Shown: positions 52,466-64,000 of the stretch, piece by piece
Position numbering within the stretch: position 1 is the stretch's first letter
Layout of the letters: each line of letters opens with the position of its first letter
NCBI GenBank assembly: GCA_002269645.1
Contig: NIVC01000306.1
Location: 62,001-126,000 of the forward strand
DNA from: Macrostomum lignano
Lineage: Eukaryota
Length of the DNA: 64,000 nucleotides
Reading direction: 5' to 3'
The notes under the pieces: model-generated
Databases searched by the model: none
The model's input: only the letters and a program-made list of their open reading frames with translations
What the model was told of the DNA's origin: nothing
Position numbers and translations under genes: made by a program

Positions 52466-53145
52466 TTTTAGTTTTTCTAAAACAAACCCGTAAAAACGAA
52501 ACATTTTTCGACAATAATTTGCGTACAAACTGCTATACAAAAAAGCCGAACTATTTTCAGTAGTATATTGTTGGCATAACAAACAAAAAATTATTTAATA
52601 ACATTTTCTTTTCTCATTGCTTTCTGCCGCTTGTCTGTTTTGTTTCATCTTTCTAATTTTTGTTTAAATGTATCAATTCTAGCTAATGGGAAATTTTTAG
52701 TAGCGAGTTACACAATTGCAGGAGCTGTAATAATTTAATAAAATATGTGATAAGAGATGTACTCAATATTCTACTTCATACGATTGAAAGCTCTTTTTAC
52801 GTTGTTTTACTGGATTGGGGTAAATTGAAATGTTCTATAGAGATGCATTGAGCTGTATGACAGTGCGAATACAGTAATTGTGAAATAAATATATTGTACA
52901 ATTGTCCTTAAGTGAATTCTTCAGCTTTAATAACGAATTCGTGGATTATTTTGAAAACATTCTTGAAAACAGAGTGCGACATTAAATTTTACTTTCAACC
53001 ATGCCTACTATTTTTTGTCGAATATTTATTAACTATTCTACTTATCAGTAAGATATTAACGACAAGTTTATGAAAGTGACTGAAAGTGTCAGGCCCACAA
53101 TGGAACACATACGACAGGCACTCTAGGTCTAGGACAGACTCAGAC

Positions 53146-53341
53146 CAGGGGCGGACCGAGGGGGGGCCAATTGGGGGCCATGGCCCCCCCTCAGCTCTGC
53201 CAAAAAAATCCTCAGATGTATTGGTATCATGCTGTATTGGTATCATGGTGTATTGGTATCATGGTACCCTAATTGCAGCTCTGGCCTGACCAGACGTGAG
53301 GCTTGCCCCCCCCCCTCGATAAAATCCTGGGTGCGCCCCTG
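53146..53341. mobile_element. 196-bp hAT MITE
   Basis: TIRs CAGGGGCGGACCGAG / CTGGGTGCGCCCCTG (13/15). Perfect 8-bp TSD actcagac at 53138-53145 and 53342-53349. Confidence 0.88.
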
Positions 53342-53379
53342 ACTCAGACACAAGTAAATCTGAGAGACATAATATAACA

Positions 53380-54235
53380 CACGATATTATAGTACAAGCA
53401 CTAGGAAAAACATAGAGACCGATTCTAGAAAAGGCACAAATATCGATTCTAGGATGACACAAAACGATATTCTGAGAAAATACGCAAAATTCGATTGCAG
53501 GAAAAAAATTTCTGGAAAGAAACAATTATTAATTCTAGGAAAGACACAAAAATCAGTTCAAGTAAATACACAAAATCGATTCCACGAGCGTAGGAAAGAC
53601 ATAAAAATCGATTCTACGAACGAAATGAAAATCGAGTCTTGGAACAACACAACAATCGGTTCTAGGAAATACACAATGACTGATTCTAAGAAAGACAATG
53701 AATGATTCTAAGAAAGACACAAAGATCAATTCTAAGAAAGACACAAAGATCAATTCTAAGAAAGACACAAAGATCAATTATAAGAAAGACACAAAGATCA
53801 ATTCTAAGAAAGACACAAAGATCAATTAAGAAAGACACAAAGATTAATTCTAAGAAAGACACAATGAATGATTCTAAGAAAGACACAAAGATCAATTCTA
53901 AGAAAGACACAAAGATCAATTATAAGAAAGACACAAAGATCAATTATAAGAAAGACACAAAGATCAATTATAAGAAAGACACAAAGATCAATTCTAAGAA
54001 AGACACAATGACTGGTTCTAAAAAAGACAAAGAATAAGACCGATTCTAAGAAAGAAACAATTGTCGATTCTAAGAAAGACACAACGAATGATTTTAAGAA
54101 AGGCACAATGACTGATTCCAAGAAGGACACAAATAATAAGATCGATTCTAAGAAAGAAACAATTGTCGATTCTAAGAAAGACACAATGACTGATTCTAAG
54201 AAAGTGACAATGATCGATTCTAGGAAAGACACAAC
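53380..54235. repeat. Degenerate ~21-bp minisatellite (gattctaagaaagacacaa-type)
   Basis: Direct reading. Confidence 0.85.
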
Positions 54236-54706
54236 GTGGCCAGCACACACAGCATTAGGACACACCCTAAATAACGTACAGTAAGTCTGTTTGTCTTTCA
54301 CTCAACGAACTCACTGCTCAGTAAGTCAATATATGCGAAGCGGATATATGATAAAAAAAGCAGTAGAAGAAAGTGTTTCAAGAAAAACACAAGCAGATTT
54401 TGTCTGTCTTGTTTCAATTTTTTGCGACATCTGCCGCGTACGCGGTATTTGCCCCGTCAAGGGAGGGGAGGCATTGCTAGGGGAGAGAATCTTCCCAGCC
54501 AATGACGGTGGCTGGCGGCTAGACTCGGATTGGTCTCAGAGTTGGCCCCAACCCCTCTGTCAACCGCTGCTCAAGGCATTCTGAGCAGTATTAAGTTGCT
54601 TTTGGAGAGCAGCGCAGTCAGACCTCAAGCCTCTATATATACATAGAATTCCTTGGTGAAAAATTTCGATTTTACTTTTTGGACAGCAACACCGGAAGAA
54701 ACCATC

Positions 54707-57700
54707 ATGTCTGCAGCTGGGAATCTGATTGAGGACAAACCGCTCAGCTTGGCTATCAAGAAGAGGCGACTGTCCAGCGGCGGTGGCAGCGGTGGCCGGG
54801 TGCAGCAGGAGCGAGGCAACGGTGGCGTCGGCGAAGATCGCCACCATGGAGACTGCGGAGCCGGTGAGTCTGCTGGTGTTGGGGTTTTGCGATTTATTTC
54901 CACCTGCTGCCCATCTATCTACTCATCTATCTACCTGCTGCCCATCTATCTACTCATCTATCTACCTGCTGCCCATCTATCTACTCATCTATCTACCTGC
55001 TGCCCATCTATCTACTCATCTATCTACCTGCTGCCCATCTATCTACTCATCTATCTACCTGCTGCCCATCTATCCACCTGCTGACCATCTATCTACTCAT
55101 TTATCTACCTGCTGCCCATCTATCTACTCATCTATCTACCTGCTGCCCATCTATCTACTCATCTATCTACCTGCTGCCCATCTATCTACTCATCTATCTA
55201 TCTCTGCGCATCTATATCTACTCGTTTATCTACCTGTGCGCTATCTACTCTCCTCTCGGCTCTCCGCATCTATCTACCTCTCCCCCATGCTTGTTTACCA
55301 TCCAGAGTTCAAGCACTTCATACACATACGCCATAAATAACACCTCCCACATTCTCCTCAATCTGCAGCCTCATTCTAAAATTTCCCTTTTCTCAATTCG
55401 CTTCCCATGCTTTACTAAATTTATTTTCCTCCGTTTCGCCGTATTGAAGAGGCCTCCAGGAAGTTACAAAACACCTGCTAATTCTCCCCCCGCCTACAAA
55501 ATCATAGCCATTTCTAACAAGACGCATTGACAATCAGATTCTAAATATAAGGATCCCACATCCCACCGGATCAAAAATTTCTTTTGCCCTTATTAATTGG
55601 GGCCACGAAGGGAGCAGAAGCTGAGCTGCTTTGCTGAGCACTTCAGAGCACCTGATCCATATAAGGGGAACTATAGCCAATGCTACATACTGTCACATGC
55701 CACTCTGACAGAATCTTGATTGTTTTCATTCTGAGCGCACAATCTTAGCAGCAAATATCTTCTATAGATTTTATCCCTATATAACTACGAGTATATTATC
55801 AAAAGCCGTATAATCATAGGGTTTTAAATTCTCACACACACAGGGCACCAGATTGTTGAGAAGTGAAACTGCTCACTCAACTATAGATACGATGAAAAGG
55901 AACATTCTTGACTATTATAACGTTCGCTTTGTCGCAGACAGCCACTTGGACATATGTTCCAAGGCCTAAAAGGCATTTTTATGGGAGTATTTTTACGCCT
56001 CATAAGATTCCTGTGCCATATATAATTGATAATTCTTTGAAATATAGCATAGCCACTGCAGATTCAAGCACCCGTTATTCGGTCTAATTGCTGTCTACTT
56101 TTCAGTCTGCTTTTCTGTCTACTCTCTACTTTTCAGTCTACTCTCTACTTTCCTGTCTACTCTCTACTTTTCAGTCTGCTTTTCTGTCTACTCTCTACTT
56201 TTCAGTCTACTCTCTACTTTTCAGTCTACTCTCTACTTTCTACAGTAGAGAGTAGACTACTTTTGGGAAGTAGAATACTACAGTACTACTTTCTACTACT
56301 TTCTACTTTCTACTACTCTCTAAAATCTACTTTTCTGTCTACTCTCTACTTTTCTGCCTACTCTCTATTCGGATCAGTCAATTTTTCTATCTACTCTCTA
56401 TACCGATCAGTCTACTTTTCTATCTACTCTCTATACCGATCAGTCTACTTTTCTATCTACTCTCTATACCGATCAGTCAACTTTTCTATCTACTCTCTCT
56501 ACCGATCAGTCTACTTTTATATCTACTCTCTCTCTACCAATCAGTCTACTTTTCTATCTACTCTCTATACCGATCAGTCTACTTTTCTATCTACTCTCTA
56601 TACCGATCAGTCTACTTTTCTATCTACTCTCTATACCGATCAGTCAACTTTTCTATCTACTCTCTCTCTATCGATCAGTCAACTTTTCTATCTACTCTCT
56701 ATACCGATCAGTCTACTTTTCTATCCAAAATTCACGCAGTTCGGGTGAATTGCATTTGATCTGAATCGATAATTGCTCAAATCTGATCGAAGAAATTCCC
56801 CAAAAAAGCGTTTTGAGGCGTGTCAGCTCAGTAATTATTTTCAATGTCTAAAGTAACTTGTGACTCTGACTCTGATAGCATTACAGCACAGGGTTTCGGG
56901 GCAGAACTCTTGTGTTGACCCCTTGATAAGGCTGCAGGGGCTGTCTGGCAGACATGTTTCGGAATTCGAGGGAAGTGTCAGCAAAACACGCACAACCCCC
57001 TCCCCCCAGCGCTGAGTCCTTCAAGTATGCTGTCCAGCCCCACAGGAGTCTGCCCTGCCATGGCGGCAATCTAATTAACTCTTCCCAATTGGGTCGCGGC
57101 TTCAAGATGAGAGATGAGGCTCGGGCTTGGCTGTCTATTTAAAAAATCATATTATTGTGAGCTGAATGAGTGGGGAGAAGAGAGTAGTCAGAGTCAGGCG
57201 CTTCATCTCAGCGATACACTGCAGTAAGCCAGATAAATTAACGGACAAAGTTGCCGAGCTAGCAAATATAAAAGACTGCTTCCTATATTGATATTCAAAT
57301 TTTTCTCAAAGCAAGCCAAGCTCTCACTCCCTGTCTGTCATTCTGTCAAAAATATTTTTCTTTTCTATTTTTCGTCTTCTCCTTCTTTTTTGGCGGAAAA
57401 TTAATCCAAACAGTTTGGATCGCACGATTAGCAAATATGGAAACTGCTAGCTGTGACTGCTGTGAGAGTCGCCTGTATGGATAGCTCTGCATCCCACAGT
57501 CTATGCAGTTTTCTCTATGCTTTATCGGGGAAAATTTTGTTAGAATAAACAAGTTTATACCAATTTTGTTGCTTTCAATTTTCAAGGAATTGGTGTTAGA
57601 GAGGTAGAGTGTGTATTAGAGAGGTAGAGTGGGTGTTAGAGAGGTAGAGTGTGTATTAGAGAGGTAGAGTGGGTGTTAGAGAGGTAGAGTGTGTATTAGA

Positions 57701-60700
57701 GAGGTAGAGTGGGTGTTAGAGAGGTAGAGTGTGTATTAGAGAGGTAGAGTGGGTGTTAGAGAGGTAGAGTGTGTATTAGAGAGGTAGAGTGGGTGTTAGA
57801 GAGGTAGAGTGGGTGTTAGAGAGGTAGAGTGGGTGTTAGAGAGGTAGAGTGGGTGTTAGAGAGGTAGAGTGGGTGTTAGAGAGGTAGAGTGGGTGTTAGA
57901 GAGGTAGAGTGGGTATTAGAGAGGTAGAGTGGGGTGTTAGAGAGGTAGAGTGGGTGTTAGAGAGGTAGAGTGGGGTGTTAGAGAGGTAGAGTGGGTGTTA
58001 GAGAGGTAGAGTGGGGTGTTAGAGAGGTAGAGTGGGGTGTTAGAGAGGTAGAGTGAGAAATAGACGTTAATTAAGTGGACAAGAAATGACAAAAAGGTGT
58101 CAGAGTGAGAATGGCAGAAAGAGATCAGACCAGACCAGCCTGAGAGGCAGAGAGAATGAGATGTGAAAGATGCGCGAGAGGCTGCATGAAGACTTCTGAC
58201 TCAAGAAGCGCAAACTGCCGAGAGAAATTCCGTCGGTATTTGTTCCATTTTTAGATTTCTGGCAAACAGAAAAAAATGGCAGCGCAGGGCAGAAAGTGCC
58301 GTTGAGAGGCGCCACGACGACTGGGGGGACTTCTTTCGGCTCTGCTTTTAGAGGCAGAAATTTTCTTCGAAAATTCTGTGTTTTCTTTTCTTTTATCTGT
58401 CTCTCTCTCTTTCTAGTGACCCCCTCTTGCCTGGAGATGGCAGGAGCGGAAGGAAGTCAAACGTCACGTCCAGCTATCGTGAAGGTGTGCTCAGCAAACA
58501 ATAAGTACCTGGGACTGACCGGGGGCTTTGGGGGTTGACGGAGAATCTGGATTGCAGAAAGACGCTATTAGTAAGCACAACTGATTAAATTTGTGCTCAG
58601 ATTCTACTCAGAATGGCGCCTAATCTATGCTCAGAAATGGCGCATAATCTATGCTTAGAATGGCGCCTAATCTATGCTTAGAATGGCGCCTAATCTATGC
58701 TTAGAATGGCGCCTAATCTATGCTTAGAATGGCGCATAATCTATGCACAGAATGGCGCCTAATCTATGCTTAGAATGGCGCCTAATCTATGCTTAGAATG
58801 GCGCCTAATCTATGCTCAGAATGGCGCCTAATCAATGCTCAGAAATGGCGCATAATCTATGCTCAGAATGGCGCCTAATCTATGCACAGAATGGCGCCTA
58901 ATCTATGCTCAGAATGGCGCCTAATCAATGCTCAGAATGGCGCCTAATCTATGCTTAGAATGGCGCCTAATCTATGCTTAGAATGGCGCCTAATCTATGC
59001 TCAGAATGGCGCCTAATCTATGCTTGGAATGGCGCCTAATCTATGATTAGAATGACGTCTAATCTATGCACAGAATAGACTCTAATCTGTACACAAAAAT
59101 GAATTCGTTTGAAATTGAAGAAAATATTTCGCACACTTCTGATTGGGGTTTCCTATCTGGAATTCAATTTCCGAAACTCCGGGTTTGTCACCCGCTCTAT
59201 TGCAGCAAGTAAAAATAAGTTTTTACTCTGCTTCAATTCTGCTCCTAAAAGAAGAGAGCAAAGCAGCGGAATTCTTTCGTGCCTTTTCTGTCTTGCAGAA
59301 GCAGCAAGAGGGTTGCCCGGCCCGTGCAAAAATGCTTTCAGAAGAGCAAATCAAACAGCATTTTCTGCTTTCACTGCTGCAGAGCTCAACAAAGCCTTCT
59401 GGTTTCCGACGCCTCTGTCTCTTGAACAAAAACATAAGGCTCGAGTCTATTGGTCAGTTTGCTGTGTGTGAGTGTGTGTGTGCTCTACGTGAGGAAATGC
59501 TTAAGTCGGTATATTATTCTCCTATTCTTCTTTCCATTGCTGCTGCTGCTGCTCTTACTTTTCAAATTCTGCTCAAACTGCAGAGGCGTGAAGGAAGGAG
59601 AATCAAGTGTGACAAAATCTGCCTGCCCCCCCCCGCCTCTGTGCCACACAATCATAATAAGAAAAGTCGAAGACTAGAAGCTTATACCTCATATATTGAG
59701 CGACAGATTTGTTTGGACACCAAAAAGGAGAAATTTTTTTTGCAACTCTGTGGGTGGCCCGGAGTTACTCAAACTATTGGGGGGCCTCTCGTAGAGGTTC
59801 AGGGGCACCCCTGGAGAGTTGCAACTATTCTTGCTTCAAAGAGTTTTGATTAATTGGTTGGTAGCCATTTTTTTCTGTGTCTAAATAAATATGACTTATT
59901 ACAAAAGTTTATAGTCTTTTGCAGATATTGTGGAAAGACATGTGGACAAGAAATGTGAAATTATTTCTGTAGATGTTGAATCAGTAGATTTTGAAATTCG
60001 ATAGATTTTTATTTCGGTTATTCGATTTTTAATTTCGGTAAATTTTGAAATTCGGTAAATTTTGAAATTCGGTAGATTTTAAAATTCGGTAGATTTTGAA
60101 ATTCGGTAGATTTTAAAATTCGGTAGATTTTGAAATTCGGTAGATTTTAAAATTCGGTAGATTTTGAAATTCAGTAGATTTTTAAAATTCGGTAGATTTT
60201 TAAAATTCGGTAGATTTTTAATTTCAATAGATTTTGATTCGGTAGATTTTGAAATTCGGTAGATTTTTTATTTCGATAGATTTTGATTCGGTAGATTTTG
60301 ATTCGGTAGATTTTAAATTTCGGTAGATTTTGAAATTTGGTAGATTTTAAATTTCGGTAGACTTTGATTCGGTAGATTTTGATTCGGTAGATTTTAAATT
60401 TCGGTAGATTTTGAAATTTGGTAGATTTTAAATTTCGGTAGACTTTGATTCGGTAGATTTTGATTCGGTAGATTTTAAATTTCGGTAGATTTTGAAATTT
60501 GGTAGATTTTTAATTTCGGTAGATTTTTATTCGGTAGATTTTGATTCGGTAGATTTTGAAATTCGGTAGATTTTTTATTTCGATAGATTTTGATTCGGTA
60601 GATTTTGATTCGGTAGATTTTAAATTTCGGTAGATTTTGAAATTTGGTAGATTTTAAATTTCGGTAGACTTTGATTCGGTAGATTTTGATTCGGTAGATT

Positions 60701-61511
60701 TTAAATTTCGGTAGATTTTGAAATTTGGTAGATTTTTAATTTCGGTAGATTTTTATTCGGTTGATTTTGATTCGGTAGATTTTGAAATTCGGTAGATTTT
60801 GAAATTCAGTAGATTTTGAAATTCGGTTGATTTTGATTCGGTAGATTTTGACTTCGCTCACCCCCCCCCACCGCTACCGCAGACTCAGCAGACTCGGACT
60901 CGAACGCCAGCTTCATCAATCATCGACAGCAGCCAGAAACTTCTTTCGACAGTCCGCCAGCCTCCTCAGACGAAATTTCGACGCACTACCGCCGCCTCCA
61001 CTCTCAGCATCATCAGCAGCATCCCTACGGGATCAGCCCCAACGCCATCACAGTCTCTGTGCCCGATGATCCTCCGATGAATCCAGAAGATGTCGCCGCA
61101 GCCGCCGCAGCCGCCGCAGCAGCAGCCGCCGCCGCCTCAGCCGCCGCTTCGGCCGCCGGCAAGACCAGCGGAGGCGCCATCGGCGGTGCGGGCGGCAGCG
61201 GCCTCTACTGCGTCGTGTGCGGCGACGTGAGCTCGGGAAAGCACTACGGAATTCTGGCCTGCAACGGCTGCTCGGGCTTTTTTAAACGATCCGTTCGTAG
61301 GAAGCTGATTTATCGGTGAGTGCCGGCCGGAGTGACTTTCCAGATCCACGTCATATTTTCTGCCAGAAGAAATCTAACGCAAATTCTGAAACTCGAAACC
61401 CATCCAGGTGCCAAGCTGGCACAGGAACCTGCATCATTGACAAGGCGCACAGGAATCAATGCCAGGCCTGCCGGCTGAAAAAGTGCCTGCAGATGGGCAT
61501 GAACAAAGATG
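54707..61511 (+). CDS. NR2E3: Nuclear receptor NR2E3 (PNR / Hr51-unfulfilled), N-terminus and DNA-binding domain; LBD exons lie beyond the window
   Basis: [39 protein letters not shown]|[34 protein letters not shown] with P-box CNGCSG. DBD exons 60883-61315 and 61408-61511 are certain. Exon 54707-54863 is joined by a matching phase-1 donor and acceptor and is less certain (about 0.65). A poly-Ala tract precedes the DBD. Confidence 0.92.
54900..55200. repeat. Minisatellite (acctgctgcccatctatctactcatctatct)
   Basis: Direct reading; NR2E3 intron 1. Confidence 0.88.
56090..56720. repeat. TCTACT-rich degenerate arrays
   Basis: Direct reading. Confidence 0.85.
57595..58055. repeat. 20-bp minisatellite (gagaggtagagtgggtgtta)
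   Basis: Direct reading. Confidence 0.95.
58607..59075 (+). repeat. 23-bp minisatellite (ctatgctcagaatggcgcctaat)
   Basis: About 20 copies; reverse complement of the array at 61537-61795. Confidence 0.95.
59985..60850. repeat. Degenerate ~15-18-bp minisatellite (gattttgaaattcggta)
   Basis: Direct reading; ends ~30 bp before the NR2E3 exon-2 acceptor. Confidence 0.92.
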
Positions 61512-61536
61512 GTGAGCATCCGTTTCACTAGGAACT

Positions 61537-61795
61537 TCTGAGCATAGATTATGCGTCATTTCTGAGCATAGATTAAGCGCCATTCTGAGCATAGATTAGG
61601 CGCCATTTAGGAGTAAACATTAGGCGCCATTTCTGAGCATAGATTAGGCGCCATTTATGAGTAAATATTAGGCGCCATTTAGGAGTAAACATTAGGCGCC
61701 ATTTCTGAGCATAGATTAGGCGTCGTTCTAAGCATAGATTAGGCGCCATTTATGAGTAAATATTAGGCGCCGCTTTGAGCATAGATTAAGCGCAA
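61537..61795 (-). repeat. 23-bp minisatellite (attaggcgccattctgagcatag), inverted copy of 58607-59075
   Basis: The unit is the exact reverse complement. Confidence 0.92.
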
Positions 61796-62359
61796 TGTTT
61801 GAGTAATATCTGAGCAAAATTTTAAGCACTTGACTATATCCCACCAAGTTGAAACACACAGACGCTATCAGGATAATTTTCCCCATTTCCAACAGTAGAT
61901 AAGACAGTCGCTAATCTGGGCCACCCCATTCCCATGAGTTATCGTCATCCAGTTAACTGTAGTGATTTGCAGTCTAAGAAGCAAGTTTTCTAATCTGAGA
62001 GTTCTCAACCTCCAACACGCGATTAATGGTTTATAGGAGGCTGTAAATAAGCAGAATTTGCTGATTCTTACCCGAAAGAGTTGAAGCTGCTCATTTCTCC
62101 CTCTCTCTCTCTCTCTCCCTCTTGTTCATTTGTCTTGGCCAATTTGGCTTGGCCCAGTACAGCACAGGCGGTCCCGACTCCCAGATGTTGGACAAGCTTC
62201 AGTCTGTCAAACCGGTTCGATTTATCACCCTTGAATGATTATTTCTGTGTAAGACGTACCTGAAGTCACTTGTAATAGCTTGTAGAAATTTATTGCATTG
62301 GACAGATATGGAGAGTATCAGAATTGTAGACTGGGAGTGCCAGAGATGTGGGCACATGG

Positions 62360-62845
62360 AGTGACAGAATGAGATCACAGGGAGTGACAGAATGGGATCA
62401 CATGGAGTGACAGAATGAGATCACAGGGAGTGACAGAATGGGATCACATGGAGTGACAGAGTGAGATCTCAGGGAGTGACAGAATGGGATCACAGGGGGT
62501 AACAGAATGAGTTCACATGAAGTGACAGAATGGGATCACAGGGAGTGACAGAATAAGATCACATGAAGTGACAGAATGGGATCACAGGGAGTGACAGAAT
62601 GGGATCACATGGAGTGACAGAATGAGATCACAGGGAGTGACAGAATGGGATCACAGGGAGTGACAGAATGAGATCACAGGGAGTGACAGAATGAGATCAC
62701 AGGGAGTGACAGAATGAGATCACATGAAGTGACAGAATGGGATCACAGGGAGTGACAGAATGAGATCACAGGGAGTGACAGAATGGGATCACATGGAGTG
62801 ACAGAATGGGATCACAGGGAGTGACAGAATAAGATCACAGGGAGT
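62360..62845. repeat. 23-bp minisatellite (gggagtgacagaatgagatcaca)
   Basis: Direct reading. Confidence 0.94.
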
Positions 62846-63824
62846 GAAAGGATGGGAAAATGGTGGCCAGAAGAGGCACAAAAGGCTACCAATTTGAGGT
62901 GTCAACAAAGCTTTCATATTCCAATTTTGAGTCAACAAGGCCAAGTAGTTTGCACTCAATATTTCCTCTCCACGGTGTTTAACCTGGCAATTTATAAAAC
63001 AGTGAAATTGCCAACAAAACTGTTCGGCACTATGTGAGGGGGTGCGTTTGGCAGGTGTCAGGTGTGGCAATAAATCATTGCTAACCAAATCAGGCCGCCA
63101 GTCATCAATTTTTAAGCGACAAAATCCCATCCCCCTTGATCCGACAGTGCAAAAACATTTCCCTGTCAACTTCACTCTAACAAAAACAGCCGAACGCCTG
63201 CGCGATCCAGAGGAAGTGAAAATTGAAGTTGCCGGCCACCCCTGACTCCCAATAGCGACTCTCTCTCTCTCGGCCAGATGTCATTAAAATTCTATTTTTC
63301 ACCGTCACCTCCCCAAACTGGGAAGTCTGTGGAGGGGGAGGCTGTTGTTGACTCAATAAAAAAGGGAACGCAGGGGCGCCGCGGCTGCTCAAGGAAATCT
63401 CAACGATCCGAAACAAACACACGCTTCTGTTTGACCTTGGCTTCCATCGCGATTAACAATTCCTTGAGAGAGAGAGAGCGTTTTGGCTGCTAAAGCCACG
63501 GTGTTCAACAACTGTGCAACAATGCAAAAACAGTTGGCTGAGTTCTCACCACTTTTCACACTTTCTCTCTACTGCAAAAAATCCGCCAGTTCGATTGAGA
63601 TTTTGCAAACAGTTTTTCAAAGTCCCCTGAGAATAGTTGTAAAGATTTTAATTCTAGATTTTTATCTCTCTGTGTGTGCTTGGCTAACTGAAGAAGATTT
63701 CACCAAGATTAAAAGAGTATTTAGGCAGGCGCGAGGACTCCGCCCACTGCGTGAGCCACTGCAGCTGGGGCAGGCACTGTCTCTGATTGCACTCTGAGTG
63801 TCACACTTGCTGTCACTCTGCTGT

Positions 63825-64000
63825 TTCACTCTCACTCTCTCACTCTCTCACTCTCTCTCACTCTCTCACTCTCTCACTCTCACTTTCTCTTATTCTCTCA
63901 CTCTCTCACTCTCTCACTCTCTCTCACTCTCACTCTCTCACTCTCTCACTCTCTCACTCGCTCTCACTCTCTCACTCTCTCACTCTCTCAATCTCTCACT
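63825..64000. repeat. (CT)n/(CTCA)n low-complexity repeat
   Basis: Direct reading. Confidence 0.9.

Noticed and set aside
59109-59853. 236-aa and 120-aa ORFs in NR2E3 intron 1
   Set aside because: They start at non-ATG codons, have no domain signature and show no supporting splice structure.

Overview
Eukaryotic genomic DNA with spliceosomal GT-AG introns and no prokaryotic or CRISPR features. GC-rich exons and introns packed with minisatellites resemble the flatworm Macrostomum; this is an inference from style only. I assembled seven genes by hand with phase-consistent splice sites: (1) a TRPM-family channel with about 4 ankyrin repeats fused N-terminal to the SLOG/MHR region (minus strand, 208-10849, runs off the left edge); (2) an orphan type-I membrane protein with 2 Ig-like domains and an L1/neuroglian-like tail (minus, 14183-20732); (3) a 14-exon MFS transporter with a large Cys-containing loop insertion (minus, 23375-29712); (4) a BTB-BACK-Kelch protein with no visible ATG (minus, 33379-39510); (5) TFG (minus, 42325-47075); (6) PPP1R32/SAXO4 (plus, 48821-52465); (7) the NR2E3/PNR/Hr51 nuclear receptor (plus, 54707-61511, ligand-binding domain beyond the window). 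Nearly every intron over about 200 bp holds its own tandem array, and almost all long ORFs in the supplied track are translations of these arrays. Most notable: the ankyrin-TRPM fusion; its 5' introns, which are built from tandem copies of canonical transcription-factor motifs (RFX X-box, ETS, CCAAT); an inverted minisatellite pair flanking the frame-symmetric DNA-binding exons of NR2E3; a decayed 28S rRNA segment lying antisense just after the TFG stop; hAT MITEs with 8-bp target-site duplications; and a CORE-SINE. Family assignments come from recalled motifs, with no database search. Repeat boundaries are approximate (within about 10-20 bp).
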